Assembly: GCA_013239625.1 (NCBI GenBank)
Contig: MU053557.1
Coordinates: 2,820,123 to 2,884,122 of the forward strand
Direction of reading: 5' to 3'
Length of the DNA: 64,000 bases
Origin: Lama guanicoe
Lineage: Eukaryota
The translations under genes were made by a program, and so were the position numbers. Positions 50,110-63,780 of the stretch are shown here, piece by piece (position 1 is the first letter of the stretch; every line of letters begins with the position of its first letter). Below the pieces are notes generated by a model. That model made no database searches, was not told where the DNA came from, and saw only the letters and a list, made by a program, of their open reading frames with translations.

Positions 50110-51990
50110 TTCCTTCAAGATGTTGCATACCCAGCACTGTGCCAACTGCAAGAGATGCAGGAATGGTCAAGACAGACATAATACTTGTCCTGTGGATTTT
50201 ACTACTTAGTGGGAAAGACCAACAAGTAAATAGGTAATTATAATGCAAAGTGATAAGGGCAGTGATAATGGAAGAATTATGCTTGGGAACATATAGGAGA
50301 GGCCTCCACTTCAAGACTGGGAGGACCAGGGGAGACTTCCTAGAGGCAATGATATCTCAGGGATTTAAGTCACCAATCTCTTATCTCTAGGATTTTCACA
50401 ATCCTGTGCCCTTCACACAGAATACTCTATCTGCCATCTTCAGCTGCCTCCTACACACTCTTCACATCTCCACTTAGATGTCACTTCTTCAGAGAGGCTT
50501 TTCTGAATCGTCACACTGGGTTCTACTTCCCACCAATATGCTTCCATAGTAATCAGTATCTGTATTAACATTAAACAAGAAGAGTGCATGCCTTTTTCAT
50601 CATCATATCTCCAGTACTTGTCCCAGTTTCTAATACATAGTCATACTTGACCCTTAACTGTTGAACGAAGGAAAAGATGATCTGTCTACGGAAAAAGCCA
50701 CACTCACTGCTGCGAACAGGATACCAAGGATGTAGATACTGTCACGGGATGTAACCTGTGATGGGTTCTGCAGTCTGAGACTGAATTCCCTAAGGCTGAA
50801 TGTGGTAGGTTTGAATTCAGACATGACCTGGGCACTTCCCAGTTCATGAGGCAGATAGTGATACTCTGTCAAGAAGAGGAAAGGAAATAAAGGTTGTCTT
50901 TGATATCTACCTACCTGCCTTCCCATAATTACAACTCTACATTTCCTGAGGAGCTACTGCATATCAGGGATCATCTTCTGGGGACTCAGAGGAAAATGCT
51001 AATGCAGTGTCTATTCTGGTGAGTAAAACTGAGCCGCAGAAGATAGGAGAGAGAAAATATACCCAAGATGATAGAACTAAGGCCAGACTAAGGGAGACGT
51101 TAGGATCATGACCATAATACAAGATGGGTAGGGGCACAGGAGGGCAAAATTTCCTCTTCTGGAGTTTTGAGAGGTGGCAGGAAAAATTTGTTCCTGGTGG
51201 ATGGATAGAACAGTCCTACACTCCTAAAAGCAGCAACATAAATTGTGAAATATGTCATGTTTTGATTTGTTCTGAGACAAGGTTCAAATCTCCACTCTTC
51301 CATCATGGTAAAAAATGAAAACACTCAGTCACAATTTTGGTAAGTGTTTGGCAGCAGTCAGCAAAATCCCGGGAGCAGGATCAACAACCACTTTCAGTTA
51401 TTTTTCAGGACCGAGGAGAGCAGCACGTGTGTGTGGGTGCTCATAAGTATGTCCTCATTAAGGATATAGTTAAGCCAGGTCGGTGACAGAGTCACAAACA
51501 AAAACGCTACCAGATCATCAGAGAGGGAGAAATCAACTCTAACTGGCAGACTGGGAAGCCTTCATGGAGAAAAGCTCGACCGTGGCCTCACATGATGGGG
51601 AGGACTGTGGCTATGGGAAGTCACTGTCACAGGGATTAGGTTAAGCAAAAACAGAGTGCAGAAGTATAGGCTATATTCAGGGACCCCTAAGCCATGTGGT
51701 ATGGCTGGGACAGAGTCTGCATGGAAGAGTACGTAAAGACACAAATGTGAACATGCAAGTCGAGTTCAGAGGATGTAACAATTTGCTGACTTCAGGAGGA
51801 GCATAATGATGAATTAGGAAGCTATAGGGACACAGAGGGCCTGCACTTCAGTGGGAGAGGAGGCAATAGAAAGGAAGAGAGTACTGATAAGATACGGCAA
51901 CTCATGAGGACAATGAGAAACAAGATGAAGTGGACGCTAATGTTTCCAGTTTGGGGCCAAGTTGGTGGTGTCATTAATAGAGAGGAAACT
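50110..51990. mobile_element. Several L2 fragments (~50110-50365 minus, ~50390-50675 plus, ~51440-51990 minus)
   Basis: cccagcactgtgcca..ttatatgcaaagtgataag-like motif; cttagatgtcacttcttcagagaggctttt; gggaagccttcatggag. Confidence 0.5.
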
Positions 51991-52104
51991 CAGGAGAGAT
52001 CCACTCTCCACCCCATCCTACTCTCTCCTCCCCCCTCACTCTACTTCTCCACGAGCCCCTGTGCTCCTCGACTCTTCCAGATCCCCCAGCCTCCAGGACC
52101 CTTC

Positions 52105-52293
52105 TGAATTAAAATGAAGTCCACGTGTAGAACCTGGACCAGCGGCACCAGCATCACCTAGAAACTCATTAGAAATGCAAATTTTCGGGTCTTCCCAACC
52201 TATTGAATCGGAAACTCTAGGTTGGCTCTGGCTCTCTCCTTGCTTTAACAAGCCTGCAGGAGATGCTGGTGCATGTGGACACTGGAGAACCAA
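52105..52293. mobile_element. MER5A MITE
   Basis: ggaccagcggcaccagcatcacctagaaactcattagaaatgcaaattttcggg..tgaatcggaaactct..tttaacaagcc..gagaacca. Confidence 0.8.
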
Positions 52294-53704
52294 TGAACTG
52301 AAAAGACAGAGAGAAAAATGAAAGAGGCATTATCCTCCTTGTTTCATTATTTTGAGCTAAAGGCAAACCCAGTAATACAATGTGGTAAAATTTTTAGAAT
52401 GGATAGAATTTAATTTCTATGATTAAGTAGACACTTCAGTGAAACCTAGCAACATCTCTGTGGACGAAGAAAGAAATTACTCAGGAGCCTTAGGTCTAAA
52501 ACAGTCAGGTAATTAAGGCAAATAAGTGCGGGATTTTTATTTGCATAATCTAGATGGGTGGGTTCCAAGACCTACTCTTTTTCTTTTTTAAAGCCCTATA
52601 ACCTTTGATTGAAATGCAATCTAAAAGGAAATTCCCAATGTAAACAGATAATTGGCTTGGACTCCAGGGAAACTGGGAGGGAGTCAGAGCTCCATCTCCT
52701 GCTGCAGCCTCCTCCCTCCCTCCCTCCTCCTCCCCCACCCACACGGCTGGAGGCAAGGCCCATTACTGCAGAAAATAGCTTTAATTCCCCCTTCACATTG
52801 CCTCCCTGATTCAAAGGCCTCGGGGAAATACTACCATATTCCTGAGACAGGCATTTTAATTAATACAAAAAGAAAATTTGCTTTTGTTGTGATTGTGTTT
52901 TTCCCTAAAGACCTAAGATGAGGAGGAGGGAGGGGAACTTCACCAAGGAGAGGCCCTCTCGGGATCAAGGTGAGCGCAGTGAAGAAGCAGGTGTTTCAAT
53001 CATCTTTGCAGCTGGGACACTGAGCCACCTACCCAGGAATGTGCTCTCAGTAAACACCCTTAATTGAGCCCACAATCTGGGAAGCCTACAAAATTGCCAG
53101 CCCCCGAAGTGGGGGGTGACTCAATCTTTATGCCTGTCACCGTATTTTGCTTGGGCAGATGCAATGGAGGCTGCTGGCTGGTGTCATTTTCCCAAGGTTT
53201 TTTTTCCTGAAAAGAAAAGCCACCTGAATGGGCATGCCCATTTGCAGCCTTCTAGAAAAACAGAAATCTGACTGCAGCAGCTGTTCTGCCTCCTCAGAAC
53301 TTTGTGTGAGTTGAGCCTCCTTGTCAGCCAGATGGGCTTTTAGATTCCCTCTAACACAGTGGTTTTTGAACTATTTTTCTTTTAGGCATGAAACTCTTTC
53401 TTGTTACCCAGAAATAGACAAAGAGAGAGTGCGCTGCTCTGGCTCCTTTGGTCTTCCCCATTTCCTCCCCTATCACCCACTGACCCTGAGGGATGCCTCC
53501 AAGCCTAGTTTGATCCTCCTCCCTTCCTCCCCACAACACTGTTCCGAGAAAGACTGATGCCAAGAAGCCAAATGCCTTTCACAGGGAATGGGGCTTGAAA
53601 AGAACGAGAGCCTAAATCAAAAATGAATCTCTGCTTCTGAGATCTTTCCTATGCCGCAGGCCCATAAAATGACTCACTCAGGGCTGCCACAGTTTCTAGG
53701 CACT

Positions 53705-54545
53705 TATCCATTCATTCTTTGAGCAAATGTTTACTGAACACCTGCTGTGTTCCCAGCACCAGCTAGCTGCTGTGGACTCAATGGAACAACGAAGAAGATA
53801 TGGCCCCTGTCTTCACCAATTCTATCACAGGATAAATATGTGAATTTAATGGCCACAGGGATAAATGTAAAATTGCCGCTGCTATTTTTGTTATAGAGAA
53901 GCAGGGGATGCTATAAGAATTTACGAGAGGGCTCATCCCAGGTGAATTTCAACCCCCCTCTGCCTGTTCTTTGAGGAAAATCACAATTACAAAGATTATG
54001 ACAGGAGGATTTTTTCCTCTTCAGAGAGGTCACGGAAGGTTTCCCTGAGACATCAAACCACAGCTGAGATCTAAGTGTCTCGCGGTTAACAAGGCAGAGA
54101 GGAAAGAGCATCCCTGGCAGAGGGAACAGCATATGTCAGGACATGTAGCAAGAGTATGGCAGACTGATAGGCTGGCTAAGACCACCCAGAACCATGGTGG
54201 GCACATTAAGAAGGCTGTCTTAGCCTAAGAGCAATGGAAGGCCATGAGATATTTTAAAGTGGGGGAGGGAGCAACTTATGTAGTCAGATTATTGGTTTAA
54301 AATGATTTCTCTGCTTCCAGTGTGGGGCAGAGATTGAAGAAGTGCCCAACGGCAGACAGGAAGTACGGTACAGAGGCCAGAGACAATAGTGGGTTGATTC
54401 TGAGCTATGGCTATTGGGATGGAGAAGCAGATGGATTAGGAGCCGAGTGTAGTTCATATGGACAGGATTCCGAAGTGGAACGATCTAGAGGATGAGGACA
54501 AGGAACGTGGTAAGGATGATGTCGAGTTTATGATTAGTGAAGAGT
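53705..54545 (-). mobile_element. L2 fragment
   Basis: cattcattc..caaatgtttactgaacacctgctgtg..gcagagggaacagcatatg..cctaagagcaatggaaggcca. Confidence 0.75.
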
Positions 54546-54596
54546 GACACTGAGCATCTCCTTGGACCAGGCTTGGCTCCTCCCACTTTTGCCAAC

Positions 54597-54773
54597 CCAG
54601 TGGTTCTCAACCTTGGACATACATTACAATCACAAAAGTTAAAAAAAAATACTAGTACTCAAGTCCTATCCCTGGAGATTCTAGTTTACTTGGTTGGGGT
54701 GAGGTCTGGGCATTAGCACTTTCCCCAAGCTCCTAGGCTGATTCTAACATCCTTCCATGGTTGACAACCACTG
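54597..54773. mobile_element. MER5B-like MITE
   Basis: cagtggttctcaaccttgg ... ggttgacaaccactg terminal inverted repeats. Confidence 0.8.
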
Positions 54774-55091
54774 CTCTAAACAATTTCCCAGGGGACCTTA
54801 TGTGGTTCCTTCTCTATCTGATTGTACGTCACCATCAACAGAGAACACCATGATCTTCGGTTGGAAATTGATCTGCCTCCTAGGAAGAAACAGAATGAAA
54901 TCCTGGCAATCTCGTAAATCCTGCTTGGCCATTTACAAGAACAGATTAGGAAGTGGGCAACCACACCTGGTTAAGGGGCGGGGGAGCAATACAGTAGAAC
55001 AGGAAGGACCTCAAACTCACAGAGAAGTCACAAGCTCTGGCAGTAACAAGTAACCTCCTCACATCCGTCAAGTGAAGGCACTGGATGGGAC

Positions 55092-55262
55092 CAGTGGTTC
55101 TCAAACTTGAACTCATATCAGCATCATCTGCGGGTCTGGTTAAAACACAGATGGTGGGATCCTGCACTCAAAGCGTTTGACTGAATAAACCTCGGGTGGC
55201 ACCTGAAAATCAGAATTGCTGAGAACATCCCAGGTGCTGCTGAGGCTGCTCCAGGTGCCAGG
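55092..55262. mobile_element. MER5A-like MITE
   Basis: cagtggttctcaaacttga..atcagcatcatctg..tggttaaaacacagat..cccaggtgctgctgaggctgct. Confidence 0.75.
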
Positions 55263-55274
55263 CTGGAATGAAGG

Positions 55275-55485
55275 TACCATTCAGAGAGAGAGAGAACCCA
55301 ACAGGGATCCATTCTTGACTTCAGACAGAGATCCTGTTTTTATTCCCATTTTGGTATTTTGTTCATTATAAGTTTTTGATTTTTAAAAAGTACTGCATTA
55401 AATATGATTTCTTGGATTACTGATTTCTTTTTTGGTGGCCCTTGACATTTTGCATCTAAGGTGAATTCACTTGATTCTAATTCCA
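55275..55485 (-). mobile_element. MER96B-like hAT element
   Basis: tactgcattaaatatgatttcttggattactga..ttttggtggcccttgacattttgcatc..aggtgaattcactt. Confidence 0.5.
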
Positions 55486-55559
55486 ATAACCACAGGCAGA
55501 GAACCACTGAGCTCTATGACTTCAAGGATCCTTCAAGCTCTAACATTTCACAAAATGGA

Positions 55560-55810
55560 GAGGCAGTAGGGGTGGCAGTAAAGAGAAATTGTTCTGGAGC
55601 CAAGATGCCACTGTTCATGCCTGTGTTCTTGTGCTCTGCCATTTACAAGCTGTGTGACCTTGGGAAAATTGCTAAACCTCTCTGGGCCTCTGTTTTTCCT
55701 TAGACACAAAGTCAAGATAATAATACCGATCACATAGGTTTACAGTAACTGACTGAGGTAACACACATAAAGCACATAATGTGGGCTGAATGCTGTTAGC
55801 AGTTGGTATC
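55560..55810 (+). mobile_element. MIR SINE
   Basis: ctctgccatttacaagctgtgtgaccttgggaaa..aacctctctgggcctctgtttt. Confidence 0.75.
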
Positions 55811-58231
55811 ATCAAAAAATGCCTCTTGGTCTAATCACCTCAGAAGAGTCCCTTCTGATTAGGTTTACTCTGACTTGTTTGAGACCTGAGAAGAAACTTT
55901 CTTTTTCTCCCCCAAAGCTTCATATTATTTATCAAGTCACATAACTTGTTCCTTGCAATTTTCCAATTTGTCCCTTGTGGGTTTACGTTTCCTTTACTCT
56001 AAACGGACAGCCCGTAAGGTTAGCATAATGAAATGCAGCCTCTCAAATGCAAGTCTGTAGAAAAAGCAAGAGAAACCTATTGGATCAATATTCATTATTT
56101 ATTGAACACCAATGAAATAAATGGCTGGTGCTTCTAGAGTGTCCAAGAGCCCTCCCAACTGTGTTATGGGACACAAATATTTGTAGAAAGGAGAGACTGA
56201 CAGTCATTGGCTCTCGATAGGGAAGTCATTATTTCTGTAAATGTTGTGAATACTTGTCAAATTTGGTAATAAATTAGGGCTCCCAATTTACAGATCTGGG
56301 GCCAGGGCTCTGGTTTCCTTAGAGAGCCAGGGAAGTGAAGGGAGAGGGTTACAGAGGAGAAAACTCAGGCCCCTCGGTGTCCATTCAGAGAGCTTCATGC
56401 TGGAGCCTCTACAATTTCTCCTGCCTCCCACCTGCTATGGCTCCCCATCTGTCCTCACCAAACAGGACTTTCTGCTGATTATCAACATACGATGTAAACC
56501 CACTCCCTTCCTGTACCGATCAAGTGGTTTATCCACCTGGAATGGCCTTCCCTGCTTCTCCATACCCAAATCATATCCATCCTTCGAGATCTAGCTCCAG
56601 TGTCATCTAAGGGCCCTTCCTCAGTCCCCCACGCCACGTCCCCATGATGTTCCTGGCAGGCTGTCAGAGCACACCTCCCAAGTCTCCAGTTCTCCATGCC
56701 CTCACACCACCCTTTGTAAGTTGCTGATCCTCCATAGGGGACACTCGACTCCAGTTTCTGTTGGTGGGCTGTCAGAGTAACTCTGGTTGATTGTCAAACT
56801 TCAACCAATCACCAAAAGAACAGAACCCTAGGTTCTACTCAGAGAACTGAACTTGATTTTTTGCGGCTCAATTCTCACAGAAAGCAAGGGAAGAAATATT
56901 CATGAGTCAGATTACAAAGGGATGCATCCTTAGATCACGCTGTTTGGGCCTCTTTACCGTCCTGTGCTTCGGTATGCAATCGCCCTGAACCAATAAACAG
57001 TACAAGAATGATCCTTATAAACCCATTGCAATAGTGCTGTCAGAAAGCTTTTGACAGAAAATCTACAGTGTACCTTTATTACCCACTGGAGAAATTGTCC
57101 CCATGACTGTGGACCAGGAGAAAATGTATTTCTTCTAAGCAACTGGTGAGCTTCAATCTTGTTGATAGCAGTGATTCCTGTTCTGTTTTCTCTCTTGTCC
57201 TGCTTAGGAGAAAACTCCAAGGGAACATTTTACGGAATGTTTTGAGATGCATTTTTTATATTGATCCTCTTCCTGGCTTCACATTACTTTTCTAACTTTA
57301 TTTTTCAGTCTTAGCTCTGTTTATTTAATTCTTAACTTTTTGATTGTGTACGCCTGTAAGACACTTTATTTAAATCCTTTTATAAAAGAGGTAAGGGACA
57401 GATCCTTAGATAATTAATATTTCATTGAAGGTAGATAATATATCTTATTTGTTGTGAATTTCCAGTACTTAACTTAGAATTCAACATGCTTGTGTGTGAT
57501 TTTAAAGGAAAACAGAGGAAGAATGACAATGGAGGAGGAAAAATCAAAGTTGGTGGTAGAAGTTTCTACATCCCACTCATACATTTAGATGAATAGTGGG
57601 GGAAAAAAAAACTGAAGAAATATTTTAAGACATGCAAGCCACACCAAATATTTCAGAATACCTGGAAACCTGAAGGGACTGCTCTACATGTTTCCAACGG
57701 ATTTTAGTCTTGTACAGATAATTTTTTAGGTTATATCCAGATATTTGGCATATGTAGACACAACCACCAGTTTAACAACTATCCCAAGTATGTAATTATT
57801 TTAAAGAAATTATTCTCTAACTTTCTGAAGTCTGTTTATATACTTTTTTGGTTCAAGATATTGAACTCGGAGGTAATTTAATGCATTTTTAATACTTATT
57901 ATAGACATCCTAATAGAGAATTGTTGTGAGCATAAAATGAGACGAAAAAGCACTTTGTAAAGTGAAGTCTTTACAAAGGTATGTGATATGTATTCATTCA
58001 TAAGCACACACTTTGCAGGGGTATTCACTTATCTGTCAAAAAAAAAAAAGTAGTGGAAACTCAAATTGAAAAGTTCGTAGGAGGTCATGCCTTTCGTACT
58101 GAGCAATGTGAACTTCCTTGTAGAGCCACAGAAAGCCAGTGAGAATGTTTGAAGAGGGCAATGATATAAGAAGATTAATCCCACCAAAGCCAATAAAATT
58201 GATGGGAGAAAGGAGGATCTGGAGATGAATG

Positions 58232-59335
58232 TTTGTTCATTCATTTGACAAACATGCCTTAAGCACCTTTTATATATCAGACACTGTGTTCTGTACTGGG
58301 GCAACATCAGTGAACCAAACAAAAATCTCTGCTCTCATGGAAGTCTTCTAGCTGGAGAGGACAGATAATAGCGAATAAACAATGTATATATATATAATCA
58401 TATGAACTCATATATGTATACATATGAATTGTTTGTTAATTATATATTATATATAGTATACATATTACATAATATATGTGTGTATATAGTATGTACACAT
58501 ATGTGGTATATATAGTATGTGTGTGTATGTATCTATATATTATATATGGTATATTGTGTTATATAGGATATACATATATAGTATTATATATAGTATATAC
58601 AGTGTGTTACAAAATGATAAACTTGATTTTATATATTATATATAATGTGTGTATATATATGTACATATATATATATATAAAATATATATATATATAAAAT
58701 GTGTGTGTCTGTTAGAAGGTGTTAAATGTTATGGACAAAAACTAACCTGAAGAAGAAAGAAAGTCCCTGGGTAGGAATAGGAGGGCATTTTCAGTTTCAA
58801 ATGGGGTGGTGGTTAAAGGCCTTACTGATAAAATAACTTATGGACGAAAACATAAAGGAGGTGAGAAAATGAGCCATGTGGAAATTTGCGTAGGAGCATT
58901 CGAGGCACAAGGAAGAAGAAAATCAAAGGCCATGAGCATGGCTATCATACTTCACATCCAGTAAAGAGGCCAAGTGGCTGGAATGGGCTGGGGAAGGGGC
59001 GGGGGTAGAAGCAGCGTCCCAGGAGGTCGTAGGAGCATTGCAAGGACTTGGGCTTTTTCTCTGAGTGAGATGGGAGCCACTGTAGGGTGCTGAGCAGAGG
59101 GGTGTTGTGGTCTGACCTATATTTCTAGAGAACTCTGGCTTCTGTGTGGAGAACATCTTAATGGGACAGTGGCAATAGCAGGGAGTTTGGATGGGAGGCT
59201 GTTGCAGTAAGGAGAGCGGTAGCTTTGTCCCGGGTGCCAGCTATGGAGCTGGTTGGTGGTGCTCAGATGTGCTGACCACTGGATGTGGTGTGACTCTGAG
59301 AGAAAGGGAGGCACCCAGGAAGACTCCCAGTAGTC
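58232..59335 (-). mobile_element. L2a-type 3' fragment interrupted by a TA-rich expansion
   Basis: ttcattcatttgacaaacat..ctctcatggaag..ttctctgagtgagatgggagccactgtagggtgctgagcagagg. Confidence 0.8.
58384..58708. repeat. Degenerate (TA)n/(TG)n low-complexity tract
   Basis: Directly visible, about 325 bp. Confidence 0.9.
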
Positions 59336-59394
59336 CACGTTCTCATTAGTGACTGCTGTTTGTGTTTATGCTTTGCTGGGTTTATGTTGGTATG

Positions 59395-59790
59395 TGTATG
59401 CTTTTCCTGCCTGGAATGTTCTTTCCTTGCCTCTCTGAACGTCTAAATTTTAATTGTGTTTCAATATGAGTGGCCTTGATCAAATATCACCTTCCCCATG
59501 AAGCCTTCTCTGATCCCTCCAGCAGGAAGCCATCTGTCTCACTTTTCTCTGAGTCTTACCGTTGTCTGACCCTCCTTCTCAACACACCACAGTACTGCAG
59601 AGAGTACTAGCACAGGGCTAAGAGTTTTGAATCTACGAGTGTGGGCTTGAGCAAGTTCCCTAACTCTCTAGGTTTTGATTCTCTCATCATAAAATGCAGC
59701 TTACTTACAATATAACTATGAGGTTAAACAAGACAGTACAAATAAGTCTGATCTCAATACATGTTATTTATTGTCACCATCATCACCAAC
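59395..59790 (+). mobile_element. L2 fragment followed by a MIR
   Basis: tgcctggaatgttctttcc..caaatatcaccttccccatgaagccttctctga; ttgagcaagttccctaactctct. Confidence 0.6.
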
Positions 59791-60199
59791 ATCGCCATTT
59801 CTTCCTTGAAATGTGTCATTTTTTGCCCAACTATAAGCTTTTTGAAATCAAATTAAATGTCTAATTCACCTCTATGCACACCTAGGAATTCAGTAAAAAT
59901 TTATAGAATAAATTTGAGAATCAAGATCATGACTTTGTCCTCTAAGTTAAAGAAAAGATACTCACTAAAAAGAACATTGCATTTTGAGGGGGCAATCCCC
60001 TTCTAGCAAGTAAATCCAGTCCTATCTGACTGTGTTTTAGTTCTTAGATATTGTTAGCATAGAATTTGAAAATCACTAGCATTAGGTTTTCTTATCATAT
60101 TTCCCAGTGTACAAAAATAATTCACTAGCTAAGAAAATATCAACCCTAAATCACTCTAAAACAGGCCCAAGGAAATGTAAAGTTGAGGAAGCTAGTTAA

Positions 60200-61450
60200 A
60201 GAACAAAAATCAAGTTCAACAAGATGTGGTCCCTGCCACAGAGGAGACAGTAACATACAGATGCATGTGGAGTCAACATACATAGTAAGTGAAAGAACAG
60301 AGGCAAGCCCAGGGTGTTATGGGACCACTGGAGCACATTCAGTCCTTATGTGTTGTTTGGGGAAAATTTCCTAGCAGAGATGATATCTGAGCTAAACTAT
60401 TAGCAATCAGTCAAAATTAGTCAAAAGATGAAAAGTAGAATAGGCATTCTATCCAGGCAAAAAAACGTGGCACAAACAGAGGTAAGAAGACCTGACATAG
60501 CAGGACAATATGCTGGATTTTACAAGCATTTCAGCATGATTACAGCTTCTGTTCCAGAGCAAAGACTAGAAAAATACAAAGCTGGAGAGAGAATTGTGGT
60601 CCAGTCATGGAACTAAGCGCCATGCTCTAGACCTTAATTTTTCAGGGAAAGGGGAGACCTGAAGGGTTTTAGATGGGGTAGGGATATAACAGGCTTATGT
60701 TTTAGACAGATTTTTCCAGCTACAGGTAGAGGCTAGACCTGAGGAACACCAGAATCAAAGCAAAACAGACAAACAGCAACAAACAAACAAATAACAACAG
60801 TACAAAACCAGACCAGGAGGCTCTTGAAAAGGTCCAAGCTATAAAGATGAAATGCCTAACCAGGGAAGTAGGGCTATAGAAATACAGGGATGAAATCAAG
60901 AACCGTAGGCAATACAATCAAAAGGATTTGGTGACTGGCACACAAACTGGATAAGAGGAAGGAGGAACCTAGGTTTCTATTTGGATAAATGTTCAAAAGG
61001 TGATGCCAATCACCAGAGAAAGGCCATTGATGAGAAGGAGCAGAGTAGGGGCTGTGCATGTGGGAAGAAGAGAATAAGTTCGCTTTTAGTCACCCCAGAG
61101 CTTCAGTGCTCAAGAGTCTTAAACAGGGAAGGAATCTGAGCCGGAGATAATGTTTCAGTGTCATCAGTATACAGAGAGGTTAAACCCTGGGAGTGCACAG
61201 ACTCATTCAAGGGGAGAGTTTTTGTACAGACCAGAATCCTGGTGAACACAGCATACAAAGCAGAGGAAGAAGAGCCCACAGAGGAAATCATGAAAAATGC
61301 ACAGAGAAAGGGAAGAGAAGCAAATGAAAGTAAACTGCTGAAGGTGAAGGAGTGGAGTATTTCATGAAGCAGGGACAGATCAACAGCGTCCAACACAACT
61401 GCAACATAAAATAAGATACAGAACAAAGGGTGTCTTAGATTCGGCAAAGG
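60200..61450 (-). mobile_element. Long decayed L2 fragment
   Basis: gagatgatatctgagct..ctgaagggtttt..aggatttggtgactgg..gtgtcatcagtatacag..gggacagatcaacagcgtccaac. Confidence 0.65.
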
Positions 61451-63504
61451 CATTTTAAATTAATTTGGAGCCTGGAGAAAAACACACAAGAAAAGGTTAA
61501 GCCTGCTGCTTGGAAAAGATGATGTAATGTTAGCAGATGACAGTGAGAGAGAAGAAGCATCTAGCATTTCCATGGCTCATCTGTCCTATCAAGGGGAAGG
61601 ATCTTCAAACTGGAAAGGCAGCACCAATGCCTTCAAGAGGAAATTAAAGCCCAAGATGAATTAGAATACGGTCAAGGCAGGACAGTGCTGCTTTTCATAT
61701 AAGGAAGCCTTCCAGGCTGGAATTAATTATAATCTAGGACACACACATACACACGCACACTTTGCTGTTACTATTTCAGAACTTTCAGCATCATAAATAA
61801 GAATGTCAAAGATGCTGAAAGACTGGAAGCTAACAAAAAGAAAAAGTGCAGAAAAATTGTGTTCAGATGTATGAAGCTCTATCATATAGAATAAGAAAGA
61901 GTAGATTTATTTTGTGTGACTCCAAAAGGCAGAACTCGAATCAAAGTGCAGAAGTTTGTAGAAGTGAAGATTTTGGCTGATTATACAGTACTTTCCATTA
62001 TTCAGTCATGACATGAACTTCTTTGAAGGCAGCGTTTTCCTGGCTTAGACGTGCTGAGCTGAAATTGATGACTGCGTGTCAGGATGGATAGCTGGACTCA
62101 ATATCCTCATGCCCTCTGTTCCCTTTAAGACATGTCATTTATTGAAAACAATACTTTCCCTGCTGAGCTTAAAAAATAAAATCAATTACGTTTTTCATCC
62201 CAGGATTATATTATCTCTAAAGTGCCTTCTAAACAAAAAATCCCATGTGTCTCTAGATTCTAGAAACTACAGTAAATGTAGTCCCTACAGTAAATGTTGA
62301 AATGATGATGAAAAAGAAACAGCTTAGTTAACTAAATTATTTGAGACCAGCAATGTGGTAACTGTTGTTGTATTAGGCTGCATTTCTCATGGGACCCTTT
62401 GAAGAGAACCAAGGTAGGTTGAATTAGGCAGCATTCAATGCTGGCTTCAGACGATCAAATTTATAAACACATATTTAGTGATGTCCTCCTGGTGTCAGAC
62501 ACAATGCTAGGTATAGCTACTGTGGAGAAAAGGTGTCAAGACAGACACTGGGCACGCTTAGAACAGAAGGTGATGACGTTATAAAAGACTTTTTGCCATC
62601 TCCCTCTTGGCCAGTTAAAATGAATTAGAATGATCCAAGGCATTAGCATTGAGTTCTTGCTTTGTATAGTTCAGCCTACAAATCAAATACTGCTCTGTGT
62701 CTATTAATGCAAGACCATAATTCACAGAGAAAGGTTTCAGGAGGTCAGTATTTATAACTTCCAAACTGTTTCATTTGCAAGAACTATAAATGGAAAATCT
62801 GGCACGTGGTTAGAAATGTAGATCTTCTGATACATAAATTTACTCCATTGATTTTTATGTATTTCTTAAACTGTGCACTGCTACTTTCAATATTGTTTTG
62901 GAACAGATTGACCATAAACATTTAAATAACTGCTGTTCAACAATCAAAGCTATTCACAACAGTAGCTGTTTGCAAATACAAATGTGATCTGTTGAGGTCA
63001 AGAAAGGAAAGTCAAATAGAAAAGATTCAAAGGAAATTATTAGGCCAAAACAAGAGAAAGTTCCTAAGATAATGCTTGCAATGTATTAGGTGCTCAGTAA
63101 ATATTTTTTGGAATGAGATATATGCATAAACGTTTCTACCACCAACATGGGGATGTGAGAGATGGAAGATTTTTAGCTTTCATGATGACTAAAATGATGT
63201 AACTATGGAAACATGGAGAAGTGAGAGCTAATGCTAACTAAATATTTTTACTTTGCTTTTTAATCTATTCATTAGTTTCAAGGATATGTGCTAAAATCAC
63301 ACAGTGCTTTAAATCCAAGGTCTACCATCAAAATAAAGCAAGTGACCCTTGCCTTAATGACTAGTCTAAGAGATATTCTCATTATGTGACTTGAATACCT
63401 AGTCTTTCCATTGTAGCATGTGAAAGATGTTAGTCAGTTAATCATTGTTTTAAGTATGTCCTCGGGAAGCCTTCTTCAGCCTCCTATGCTAAGTTCAATT
63501 ATCC

Positions 63505-63780
63505 TGTGTGACAGCTATGGGATGGCTCTGCTCATTTCTCCCTTCAGGGAACATGAGCTGTGAGGAGTGTAGTCGGCTGCATCTTCCAGCTGCCACACCT
63601 TCAGGATTCACCACAGCATCACCACTGAGGCCCTGCTCCCCCTGGGATGCTCCAAACCAATGACTGAGTGAGGCATGGGTACTAGATTTGTCTGTTCCTG
63701 ACAGCCTTTGCTCTGGGGCTCCCACTCATCTGGCCAAGGCTTTCTCAGAGTTGCATAACTATAAAAGACTTCTCTTCCAT
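63505..63780 (+). mobile_element. ERVL LTR (LTR16B-like)
   Basis: ccagctgccacaccttcaggattcaccacagc..gaggcc..gctccaaaccaatgactgag..tggccaaggctttctcagagttgca. Confidence 0.7.
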
